Source of the DNA: an uncultured archaeon
Lineage (GTDB): Archaea > Asgardarchaeota > Thorarchaeia > Thorarchaeales > Thorarchaeaceae
Direction: 5' to 3'
NCBI GenBank assembly: GCA_964473825.1
Contig: CAYYQL010000047.1
Span: forward strand, 1-17,011
Length of the DNA stretch: 17,011 nt
Position numbers and translations under genes: made by a program. The notes beneath the pieces are model-generated. The model was not told the DNA's origin. It worked only from the letters and a program-made list of their open reading frames with translations, and did not search any database. Below, one piece after another: positions 10,001 to 16,760 of the stretch; within the stretch, counting starts at the first letter, position 1, and every line of letters starts with the position of its first letter.

Positions 10001-13000
10001 CACTGTTTTGGACGACTCAACACCTCCTGTAGTAACAAGTCCAGAGGATGTTGAGTTCGCAGAAGGGTCCACGGGTCACACACTGTCGTGGAAGGCCTAT
10101 GATCTGCTACCTCAATCCTATGCAGTCTTTGTCAATGACATAGTCATGACCTCTGGTCTATGGAGTGTTTCTGGACAGACGATAACCTATTCTCTTGACG
10201 GTCTTTTGCTTGGGACACACAACGTGACACTCGAGGTCGTTGATGAAGGAGGAAATGCAGTATCTGATCAGGTGAATGTTCTTGTATTTGACGGAACTGC
10301 TCCGGTCTTGGACAGTCCTTCAGACATAACTTATGAGGAAGGTGCGATTGGCAATGAGATCGAATGGGCCGTTAGCGATGCTCATCCTGCCAATTATAGC
10401 ATCTATAGAAATGACATCAAGATCGAGTCTGACAATTGGGTAAGCGGGTATATCATAGTCTGTGTGGACGGTCTCCTTCCGGGCGTCTATTATTACGGCA
10501 TCGTGATTGCTGACGTAGGCGGTAATGAGGCATCAGATGTCGTTATTGTGACTATTGTGGACACTGTGAAGCCGACAATTGATTCTCCACCCGACATTGA
10601 GTATGAGGCCGAAACTCTCGGCCACAGCATAACTTGGACACCATCAGATGCACATCCGAGTTATTATATCATTCATAGGAATGGGACAATGGTCAAGAGC
10701 GGCGACTGGTCGGGGTCACAGATCACAGTCAGCGTTGACCGGCTAAGCCCAGCACTCTATAATTTCACAATCACCGTGTTTGACGAGAGCGGAAACTCGG
10801 CCTCCGATACTGTCTGGGTGAAGGTCAATCCGACTCCAACAGATGAGGAGCCACCAAAGATTGACAGCCCTACTGATATCCAATATGAGGAGGATATGAC
10901 CGGCAACACAATCCAATGGAATCCTGCAGACGCAAATCCATGCTCATATGAGATTCTACGAAATGGCAGTGCCCTTGAGAGTGGATCGTGGTCAGGCGAA
11001 AGCATCTCTATTTCGGTGGATGGTCTATCTGCTGCGCTCTACAATTACTGCATCGTAGTCCACGATACTTTTGGCAACTGGGCACAGGATTCGGTCTGGG
11101 TTAACGTAACACCCAAGCTTGTTGATACGGTTCCTCCAACTCTTAGCAGCCCATCAGACATCGAGTATGAGGAGGAGAGTACTGGACATTTGATCACATG
11201 GGAGGCCTACGACGAATATCCTCTGTCCTATGAATTACTGAAGAATGGATCAACAATCATCTCGGGGGCGTGGGATGGCGGCGACATCTCGATAGGCGTG
11301 GACGGACTGGCAATGGGGCTATATAACTACACTCTCAGAATTGTCGACGAAGGTCTGAACTCGGCGACAGATACTGTCTGGGTCAATGTAACAGAGAAGT
11401 TTGTTGACAGTGTTCCGCCCTCACTTGGCAGTCCATCTGACATCGAATATGAGGAAGAAACGACTGGCCATTCCATAACTTGGACCGCTAATGATGAGTA
11501 TCCTGACCAGTACCAGATAGTTCGCAATGGAACGCTTCTGGAGTCTGGCACATGGGATGGTCTAGACATCTCAATTGGAATTGACGGACTACTGCCTGCT
11601 CTATACAACTACACCGTCATCGTTTTGGACATCGGAGGCAATAGCGTTTCAGACACGGTCTTTGTAAGTGTTACAGAAAAATTCGTGGATAGCACTCCTC
11701 CCACAATTGACGCTCCGCCTGACATCGAGTACGAAGAAGAAACAACAGGCAATGGCATCACGTGGACACCCTCCGACGAGTATCCTGATTCCTATGATGT
11801 AATACGTGATGGAGTTGTCATCGAGTCTGGCTCATGGACCGGCGGGCAAATCTCAGTCGGGATTGATGGACTCTCGCCAGGTATCTACGTCTATAGGCTC
11901 ATTGTCTACGACATCGCCGAGAACTCTGCTAGCAACTCGGTCACGGTTACAGTCAATGAGAAGTTTGTTGACGAAATAGATCCAACAATAGATAGTCCTC
12001 CAGACGTTGAATATGAGGAGGATTCGACAGGAAACTTGATAACCTGGAACCCATTTGATGACTTTCCCGCGGAATACAAGATTTTCCGGAATGGCACACT
12101 CCTTCATTCTGATTCGTGGAACGGTGACGCGGTCGTCATAGGGATAGATGGTCTTAGTCCGGGCCTCTACAACTACACGGCAGTAGTCTATGACACTTCT
12201 GGGAATTGTGTGAGCGACGCCGTTATGGTTCATGTTACTGAAAGGATTGTGGATTTGACTCCACCTACCTTGACACAACCTGATGACCTCTGCTACGAGC
12301 TCGGAACACCAAGCAACAGCATTCAGTGGGACGTGAGTGACGAGAATCCGGGACAGTACACCATATACCGCAATGGTGCGATAGTGAAGACGGGGAGCTG
12401 GCAATCTTCATCGGTAGGTCTTGGTGTGGATGGTCTCTTGGAGGGCGTCTACAACTGCACGATTGAGGTTTTCGATTCCTTCGGTAACTCAGCAGTTGAT
12501 ACCGTCTTTGTAACAGTAGACCCAAGTATTGCACCCACAATAAATGACATCGAAGAGATCCTCTATGAGGAGGATGAAACTGGTAACAAGCTGAGATGGA
12601 CACCCTCAGACGCTCACCCAGATTTCTATGAGATATTCCGCGATGGAACTCTGATTAAGACAGGAGTCTGGTATGGATTTGGCATAGAGATATCGGTAGA
12701 TGGGCTCTCACCTGACACATACAACTACACCATACTGGTCTATGATAGTGCCGGTAACTTTGCAGTAGACAGTGCCTATGTCGTCGTCACCACGAAAGTG
12801 TCTGACTGGACCCCTCCCACTGTTGACAGTCCGAACGACGTTATCTACGAAGAAGGATTACTCTGTGGATGGATTGAGTGGCATCCTGACGACCTACACC
12901 CGCATAGCTATCGAGTCCTAAGAAACGGAAGCATCGTTCAGTCAGGAACTTGGGATGGCAGCTCTATACGAATAGGCGTTGGTGGACTGCCGGTTGGTTC

Positions 13001-16000
13001 TTACAACTACACCCTCATTGTGACAGATTCCTATTCTAACTGGGCGTGTGACAGTGTAATGGTGATAGTGAACGACGCTGAGATTGATGTGACACCGCCC
13101 TGGATTGAGCCCCATGAGAATGTCACCTATACCGAAGGGAATCTTGGTAATTCGATATACTGGATTATCTGGGAAAGCAATCCTCATTCTTATGAAATCA
13201 AGCGTGACAGTGCCATTATCAGGTCTGGAGTGTGGGACGGTTCCAATATCTCTGTCAACATTGACATGCTGGCTGCAGATATCTACTACTACCAGTTAAC
13301 GGTAGAAGACACCTCCGGGAATGTCAGCAATTCCACTGTCGAGGTAAACGTGATTCCTCAAGGAACAGGAACCGAACAGGACGAGTCCTCGCCTTCACCA
13401 TCAGCGGGTCCAACCATCTCACATCCTGAGGACTTCTCATATGAGGAGAATAGCAAGGGACACTCAATTCTTTGGAGTGCAGGTTCATTGGATCCGTTGT
13501 CTTACGCAATCTACCGAAACGGACTGTTGCTGGAGGGTGGCATCTGGGCTGGAGACGATATAGGAACTGATGTGGATGGCCTTGCTCCGGGCCTCTACGA
13601 ATTCACACTTGTCGTTACCGAGAGCGGTGGGACAAGCGCGAGTGATTCAGTTTTCGTGACTGTTGAAACTTCAACTCCACCTTCAGTAACAGGTCCTTCC
13701 TTCCTTCAGTTTGAGTATGGAGAGAGCGGCCACTCGATATCGTGGTCTGTGTCTGATGCATATCCTGCCACCTATTTGATCACATGTGATGGCTCTGCCA
13801 TTGATTCGGGAATGTGGAGCACAGGTACACTGAGTGTCGATATCGATGAGCTGTCCGCGGGATCCTATGAATATGTCATCACCCTCTATGATGCCTCTGG
13901 CAACTCGGCGGCTGAAACGGTGAGTGTAATTGTCGAAGAGCCCTGCGCGCCCCTATTGGACAGTCCTCCAGATTTGAACTATGATGAGGGAACTACAGGT
14001 CATCTCATTGTGTGGAATCCAAGCGACTCCTATCCAAGCCACTATGTAGTAAAGAGAAATGGTTCTGTACTTGAATCAGCTTCATGGTCTGGCATGAGAA
14101 TAGAATATGCAGTTGATGGAATGCCGCCAGGGTTCTATGTCTACAGTCTGACGGTATACGACCTCGCGGGTCACAGTAGCAGCGACGCTGTGAATGTCAA
14201 GGTCTTCGAGGTCATCATCGACGAGAGTCCCCCACTTCTGGTCGGTCCTGATGATATCTACTTCGAGGAAGGTAGCCTTGGCCACATAGTTACTTGGGAG
14301 GCTTCCGATGATCATCCTACATGCTACGAAATGTGGCATGACGACATCCATGTCGAGTCAGGCTCCTGGGATGGTTCCGATTTTGTAGTAGATGTCAGTG
14401 CGTACATAGCTGGTACTCACAACCTGACGCTGTTGCTTCTGGATATAAGCGGAAACCTGGCTTTTGACACTGTGCTAGTACACGTCTCAGTAGCGACACC
14501 GCCAGACGTTGACCATCCGACAGACGTGACATATGAGGAGGGCGCTCTGGGTAACTCGATAACTTGGAACGCCGCAGACTCCTATCCTGACTCCTACAAG
14601 ATATACCGAAATGAGAGCCTCGTCCGCTCAGGTGATTGGACCGGAGGCTCTATCTCTATTGTTGTCGATGGTCTATCTGCTGGAAACTATGTGTATTCAA
14701 TTTCGGTTTTGGACCTAAGCGGCAATTCAGCATCAGATAGCGTTTTAGTATTCGTTCTAGAGCCGATTGCGCCTAGCTGTTCGAGCCCCGACAATCTTAC
14801 CTTCGAAGAGGGTATGATCGGATTTGTGATTACTTGGTATGCAACAGACAACTATCCTGACTCGTTCACTATCAAGAAGAATGGATCCCACGTAAAGTCG
14901 GGCTTGTGGTCAACGGATGCCATAACGATAAGCCTAGATGGTCTGAGTGCTGGCGTCTACGAGTACATTATCACAGTGAAGGACGAGGCTGGACATCAAG
15001 CCTCTGATATCGTCTATGTGGATGTCATCCCAGGTGTGTCACCTCAGGTCCAACCACAACCCGATGTCTCCTTAGAGCAGGGAACCTCAGGCAGGTACAT
15101 TATATGGGAACCTTCAGATTTGTATCCCGACAGATATGTGATTACGCGGAATGGCAGCATCGTTCGCTCAGGTTCATGGACAGGAGATACAATTCAGGTG
15201 GCTCTTAGCGGTCTGGCAGCAGGGAAGTATCCCTATCGACTGAAAGTCTATGATATGGCTGGAAACTCAGCGTCAGACGATGTAGTAGTACTCGTTGATT
15301 CGTCGAACGCTCCGCTACTGGACAGCCCTGCAGATATTCAATACGAAATCGGCAGCGAGGGCCACATCATCAGCTGGAGTCCGTTTGATTCTTATCCTAA
15401 TTCATACGTGATTAGCAGAGATGGTAACGCCATAAGTTCGGGTGGATGGACTGGCGGATCGATATCAATACAAGTTGATGCTCTGCAGGCTGGAATGTAC
15501 GAGTACGTTTTGACAGTGAAAGATCAAGCTGGTAACACCGCCTCTGATACTGTCACTGTCATAGTTGAACCTAGCAGTCCGCCATCTATCGATTGCCCCC
15601 CGGACATCACTTATGAGTATGGCACGAGCGGAAACAGGATAGTCTGGGCTCCGCGAGATAGATATCCCGCCAGCTATAAGGTTTTACGTAATGGCACTCT
15701 TATTGTATCAGGAGGCTGGAGTGGGCAGAACGTGAGCATCGGAGTGGATGGTCTTCCAGTTGGCAATTACTCCTATCAGCTTGTTGTAACTGATAAGAGC
15801 GGCAATAGTGCTGAGGATACTGTGCTCGTCATTGTTGAGGAACCCTCTGTCATTCTACCAGAGCTCAACGTAGTTGTTTCAGCGCAAACAGAACACATTT
15901 CGGCCGGACAGGACATTCTTTACACAATTTCCTGCATGAATATCGCTGGCGGCAATGCAACACGAGTCGTACTGAGACTGAATATCAGCGACCTCCTCAT

Positions 16001-16652
16001 CTTCGTGAACTCTACGCATAGCTATTCAATAAACGGTACGCAAATGGTATTCCTGCTCGGTGAGATTGCCTCTTACACGACGGAGAATCTTGGGATAGTG
16101 TTCCAAGTCAGCCTTCTAGCCAGTAACGGAACCCAACTCTGGGTTAATGCAACACTGCACTACTTCGACGTCACCGGAACCAGCGAGTTCTTCTCAACTG
16201 ACGCATCTCTGGTCACGGTCCTGACAGATATTCCAACAAATACAGTTCAGAAGGCTATGTGGTGGAAGAAACAGTTCCACTGGGTTGTGATTGGAAAACA
16301 GGCAGAGTACTCTGAGGAATATCTGCTCGATCTGGTTCTTGCGATTGCCTCATCATCTGATGTGTTTAGCCATGTCACAAGTATCAAGGATGCGCTCGCG
16401 GTGCTCAAGCTAGAAACCACAAAGGGTGTGCGAGGATTAGCGATGAGAGAGCTCTATGGTGTGTGGCTCAATCTGGCAAATGATGCACTTACATCTGACA
16501 CCAACGTAGATTTAGGTGACCTCAGCACAGCCGGCACGGTAGGTGAAGTCATTCTTGAATGCGAAGCCATTCTTCTTGACCAGGATGCAACACTAGAGGA
16601 CCTGAGGAGAGTGATGAAGATATGTTCCTCTGTGAACTCGGGGACAGCGTAG
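2679..16652 (+). CDS. 3' part of giant frameshifted gene: S8 serine peptidase (His/Asn/Ser), PPC/Ig-like domains, NosD-like right-handed beta-helix, 24 tandem Ig-like repeats, DUF11-like domain, C-terminal helical domain
   Basis: 4657-aa ORF containing SHGQIVAS (His 3261-3263), FSSGNSG (Asn 3627-3629), GP..VKPDIVSPG, HGTSFSCPVVSGAAALI (Ser 3882-3884) and QGHGMVD. It has no signal peptide and no catalytic Asp of its own, so ATG 2679 is probably not a real start. The frame is open back to 2652 (TGA at 2649-2651). Confidence 0.92.
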   Translation: MGLLPPYGNGYPEGTDFGFIGAYEYYWDIPQFSEFVYNEMWKHWQIPAPTGQDYRVGWVHEQRQDRYAKVFAPALIIDGQEVVIDWNGSIAWTQMWNWAAYDRSIDLSVQEDRDMISGKMDWSFVDDINEGYTFTVTGNNILSADVDDDGITDWGLGSLTWAYDDPGFFADEPLFCGIRSDAMAFALMYTSENSHGQIVASALGSRGVMEHEIYQNGSLYQLPGIATGANLMAVKGVTSGSDLGALFWSAGFHLNATSGYWEYTGQHKADLVSNSWNYEQGSYLDLTFLTMTWDLVSAPGFAHPDNPGTLFLFSSGNSGAGYLTSSPPATSGAVVSVGSVWSTHSALSETSAGLNAYFGSNGPSLVGLVKPDIVSPGAGVTSSALQNVLLGGQSYKWWHGTSFSCPVVSGAAALILEALSANGMPTDSLTLKQILLSSARDLGYDAFVQGHGMVDLETAIMAIETRSAGHYYFESNESYNNYAQIMNDAWSDWMFMNWAGIHQTSPSHPQDLGSASLFFGNVYPGDSATMTMETKGYDGSVNNLTAFSSVTAWHYVGQGPLTYEIDSYCYDVAGVTHSGFHNLTDVLEASIHNNLMSSPYATLSLRSCPETSNFWIELIDWEDSDGNGVVNHYVDDINFGDQIRVITTDRHDAKALWLRIADIASIDNLFDHTPTLVVHDPDTSGGGSHHLYLEVSIWNRQSSSSMSISDGADNSISFQLNLPTDAEPGIHQGFIEFSDTTSGFLHQVPYSYMAVYNASAQEGVRDTIVDKFGLEYTPYENGAIMSSVSIRSDTRADWGGYLSFAIDVPYTQAEVLVFRTISDSGGSPIDMYLRSTSYHLLASTDDGYSSDDNPDTPLFSPEGTGAGTNTLIYDPGSSVAGKYYLMLAAYDSGYSCIPQQFNLTFVWLAELPQPSPDLTWSSLWDSNPSAVSEHDILVGDHVTVNGSWAMPSVDAVPEYSISQTNLQFASGVYFEHTQDVLVPPYWADVFSMYPIDPDLFSWMYVDGIKEGDEVRIEVSFTNADCDVMVWWADTDSSEWAYSNNLVGNQMATSRNPEVGSFVAERSGTIAVGSFDYSVDDGLWTLVVDTRDFVETSAENDWLTFDTASFGKNTTRDVILVGRNDAGMQFETQWLNITFRNFFAPDVTVVSPNGGETLVGAYTISWAASSLNIDHQFTHDVYISNDYGLTFQLYARGLGTTSYDWDTSIWQEMDSYMVQIRTHDRGMIGEDRSDNVFRAGEVPVVDDTAPEVTGIAEYEYMELETDNIIQWQAYDLHPDYFEIWIDDVLHTAFDWRCSYEVFQSNIDGLEVGTHNVTARAVDQAGNSKTATSTVTVTADLPPIIIGPADLSYVEGTTGHQITWQLSDYNLHGYKILLNGTEIVEGLSDSSSQGIDVSGHTVGVYNYTILVNDTLGQYSSDTVLVGVVNVVEIYSNEDFAIQGWPGSGTAVDPYVIDGLSISHNGIAVRIENVDAFFIIQNSHFSSFGGGGTGIYLVNCRNALIISCEFETRYGIYLWNSYASNISDCVFKSSRYGVYLRESSQCNLNGNDFTGCGVRISGSDESHVDHSFDANVVNGLPLGYFHQTSNLVVDGSSFGQVILAECVNVTVEGGEFQGVAMQILFGSQCSFRDMTITESAVGVALYSSSQCTIQNVGIDGSQYGIEARLCPSLRILDCDVTGSMFPGISIYDSDHSLISANNVSHGNHWGIRVDVSENVTLIGNLVSFNRYKGIWVTSSSNVLADGNEVFSNQESGLWFEDCEQSYVYNNSLYLNSWHGLFVLRCDSMDISNNTVYSNNEHGIAVGDSLSCFIENNLVYDAGGHGIEVWHSDHVRISSNVIYDTVWTGISLYSGWYCNITHNTVYLNQEDGIRVGDSYYFQVSGNTIHGSGWWGIRSYYSEHATLSDNLVYACSENGIGIHDSLHFLVKNCTVLDSGWSSLSLWKVNHTRVEGGNYTDADGWGLAISNSVNVTFFGTYLHNRPSTAMHVGNCWDVKLVEMYIHDAIGLAIHIEDTHDSWIENCTIYDTGYTAVLAQRCNNFRFIGNSVNRSRQAGLILEWCTGAYVAGNAFCCNRWEAISLSDSDMCTLVNNIIENNRRRGILVDSRSEANLLYMNYIGWNGDQNAQDDGFDNQWDDGVSQGNYWSDYDGVGYYSVEGMAASVDRYPTLWTDDVPPSLNEQDDLGFYEGTTGFSITWNATDRHPGSYKVYSDGAVIREGVWFYDILSVTLSLDGYPFGVHNITIVVWDAAGNVARDTVMVDVMDGTIPVLTSPPDMAFGKSESGYVIDWTAEDDHPSNYEIFLDSIVIESGTWTANIQGFSVLLDGLEVGIYNYTLVVIDAGGNSAFNSVMVEVFDDTIPILNHPADVTYEHGETGHSIEWSPSDGDPVSYEVFLDSALLVSGPWNVTGETIVICVDGHTPGAYNYTIVVSDIGGNTAADTVLVTVLDDSTPPVVTSPEDVEFAEGSTGHTLSWKAYDLLPQSYAVFVNDIVMTSGLWSVSGQTITYSLDGLLLGTHNVTLEVVDEGGNAVSDQVNVLVFDGTAPVLDSPSDITYEEGAIGNEIEWAVSDAHPANYSIYRNDIKIESDNWVSGYIIVCVDGLLPGVYYYGIVIADVGGNEASDVVIVTIVDTVKPTIDSPPDIEYEAETLGHSITWTPSDAHPSYYIIHRNGTMVKSGDWSGSQITVSVDRLSPALYNFTITVFDESGNSASDTVWVKVNPTPTDEEPPKIDSPTDIQYEEDMTGNTIQWNPADANPCSYEILRNGSALESGSWSGESISISVDGLSAALYNYCIVVHDTFGNWAQDSVWVNVTPKLVDTVPPTLSSPSDIEYEEESTGHLITWEAYDEYPLSYELLKNGSTIISGAWDGGDISIGVDGLAMGLYNYTLRIVDEGLNSATDTVWVNVTEKFVDSVPPSLGSPSDIEYEEETTGHSITWTANDEYPDQYQIVRNGTLLESGTWDGLDISIGIDGLLPALYNYTVIVLDIGGNSVSDTVFVSVTEKFVDSTPPTIDAPPDIEYEEETTGNGITWTPSDEYPDSYDVIRDGVVIESGSWTGGQISVGIDGLSPGIYVYRLIVYDIAENSASNSVTVTVNEKFVDEIDPTIDSPPDVEYEEDSTGNLITWNPFDDFPAEYKIFRNGTLLHSDSWNGDAVVIGIDGLSPGLYNYTAVVYDTSGNCVSDAVMVHVTERIVDLTPPTLTQPDDLCYELGTPSNSIQWDVSDENPGQYTIYRNGAIVKTGSWQSSSVGLGVDGLLEGVYNCTIEVFDSFGNSAVDTVFVTVDPSIAPTINDIEEILYEEDETGNKLRWTPSDAHPDFYEIFRDGTLIKTGVWYGFGIEISVDGLSPDTYNYTILVYDSAGNFAVDSAYVVVTTKVSDWTPPTVDSPNDVIYEEGLLCGWIEWHPDDLHPHSYRVLRNGSIVQSGTWDGSSIRIGVGGLPVGSYNYTLIVTDSYSNWACDSVMVIVNDAEIDVTPPWIEPHENVTYTEGNLGNSIYWIIWESNPHSYEIKRDSAIIRSGVWDGSNISVNIDMLAADIYYYQLTVEDTSGNVSNSTVEVNVIPQGTGTEQDESSPSPSAGPTISHPEDFSYEENSKGHSILWSAGSLDPLSYAIYRNGLLLEGGIWAGDDIGTDVDGLAPGLYEFTLVVTESGGTSASDSVFVTVETSTPPSVTGPSFLQFEYGESGHSISWSVSDAYPATYLITCDGSAIDSGMWSTGTLSVDIDELSAGSYEYVITLYDASGNSAAETVSVIVEEPCAPLLDSPPDLNYDEGTTGHLIVWNPSDSYPSHYVVKRNGSVLESASWSGMRIEYAVDGMPPGFYVYSLTVYDLAGHSSSDAVNVKVFEVIIDESPPLLVGPDDIYFEEGSLGHIVTWEASDDHPTCYEMWHDDIHVESGSWDGSDFVVDVSAYIAGTHNLTLLLLDISGNLAFDTVLVHVSVATPPDVDHPTDVTYEEGALGNSITWNAADSYPDSYKIYRNESLVRSGDWTGGSISIVVDGLSAGNYVYSISVLDLSGNSASDSVLVFVLEPIAPSCSSPDNLTFEEGMIGFVITWYATDNYPDSFTIKKNGSHVKSGLWSTDAITISLDGLSAGVYEYIITVKDEAGHQASDIVYVDVIPGVSPQVQPQPDVSLEQGTSGRYIIWEPSDLYPDRYVITRNGSIVRSGSWTGDTIQVALSGLAAGKYPYRLKVYDMAGNSASDDVVVLVDSSNAPLLDSPADIQYEIGSEGHIISWSPFDSYPNSYVISRDGNAISSGGWTGGSISIQVDALQAGMYEYVLTVKDQAGNTASDTVTVIVEPSSPPSIDCPPDITYEYGTSGNRIVWAPRDRYPASYKVLRNGTLIVSGGWSGQNVSIGVDGLPVGNYSYQLVVTDKSGNSAEDTVLVIVEEPSVILPELNVVVSAQTEHISAGQDILYTISCMNIAGGNATRVVLRLNISDLLIFVNSTHSYSINGTQMVFLLGEIASYTTENLGIVFQVSLLASNGTQLWVNATLHYFDVTGTSEFFSTDASLVTVLTDIPTNTVQKAMWWKKQFHWVVIGKQAEYSEEYLLDLVLAIASSSDVFSHVTSIKDALAVLKLETTKGVRGLAMRELYGVWLNLANDALTSDTNVDLGDLSTAGTVGEVILECEAILLDQDATLEDLRRVMKICSSVNSGTA
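5067..5945 (+). other. Region with two PPC-like (pre-peptidase C-terminal) beta-sandwich modules
   Basis: IDMYLRSTSYHLLASTDDG...AGKYYLML (~5067-5400) and GDEVRIEVSFTNADCDVMVW...NPEVGSFVAERSG (~5700-5945) resemble PPC patterns. Recognised by eye only. Confidence 0.45.
6105..6956 (+). other. SPNGGE-type Ig-like domain followed by two Ig-like repeats
   Basis: VTVVSPNGGE..YTISW..YISNDYG..SYDWDTS (6105-6395), then two units of the same repeat family as the distal array (DDTAP...DQAGNS; DLPP...YNYT...DTV). Confidence 0.7.
6960..9182 (+). repeat. NosD/pectin-lyase-like right-handed parallel beta-helix (~740 aa)
   Basis: N-cap GWPGSGTAVDPYVI and C-cap NQWDDG..GNYWSDY..DRYP. Repeated GI.(V/L)..S....I.NN.(V/I) coils, with an exact 23-aa period from 7659 to 8969. 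Confidence 0.88.
9183..15836 (+). repeat. 24 tandem ~90-94-aa Ig-like (Big/HYR-like) repeats
   Basis: Consensus D..PP.(I/L).SP.D(I/V).YEEG..G..I.W...D..P..Y.(I/V).RNG....SG.W.G..I.(I/V).VDGL..G.YNYT..V.D..GN.A.D.V.V.V. I counted 24 units by eye; they are diverged at the DNA level. Confidence 0.9.
15858..16223 (+). other. DUF11-like domain
   Basis: PELNVVVSA....AGQDILYTISCMNIAGGNATRVVL....LLIFVNS...FLLGEI....VFQV...NATL matches the remembered DUF11 pattern. Confidence 0.65.
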
Positions 16653-16760
16653 TGGATAGCCTCACTAGGATTGATTTCTGAACTGTTTCAGTTGTGGCCA
16701 GATGGCAATATGATGGCAATTAGAATGGCGAACGATGCGTGCAGGACCCGTTTGTTGGTG

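Larger units (their letters stand above)
239..16652 (+). pseudogene. Single 5470-aa SBP-subtilase-beta-helix-Ig-repeat gene interrupted by a +1 frameshift (sequencing/assembly error, recent inactivation, or recoding)
   Basis: The catalytic triad is split between two overlapping same-strand ORFs offset by +1. Deleting one G from AAC AAC CAA G GGC GGA ACT CGA TAT CTC ATG (2651-2681) gives a continuous NNQGGTRYLMGLLPPY. That this is one gene is well supported; that it is truly inactivated is not. Confidence 0.55.

Noticed and set aside
332-14351. Numerous 60-183-aa ORFs on the - strand and in alternative + frames (e.g. 11853..12404, 332..739, 2643..3008)
   Set aside because: All are nested in the giant coding region, have no recognisable motifs, and are expected shadows of a long biased reading frame.
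9183-15836. Periodic DNA as a CRISPR array, a mobile-element repeat or a diversity-generating retroelement target
   Set aside because: The period is 270-282 nt, in frame, and conserved at protein rather than DNA level. I see no identical repeats with spacers, no adenine-specific TR/VR pair, and no RT or transposase.
16678-16691. CTGAA-ctgt-TTCAG hairpin as a terminator between the convergent genes
   Set aside because: The stem is only 5 bp with no convincing T-tract, which could easily arise by chance.
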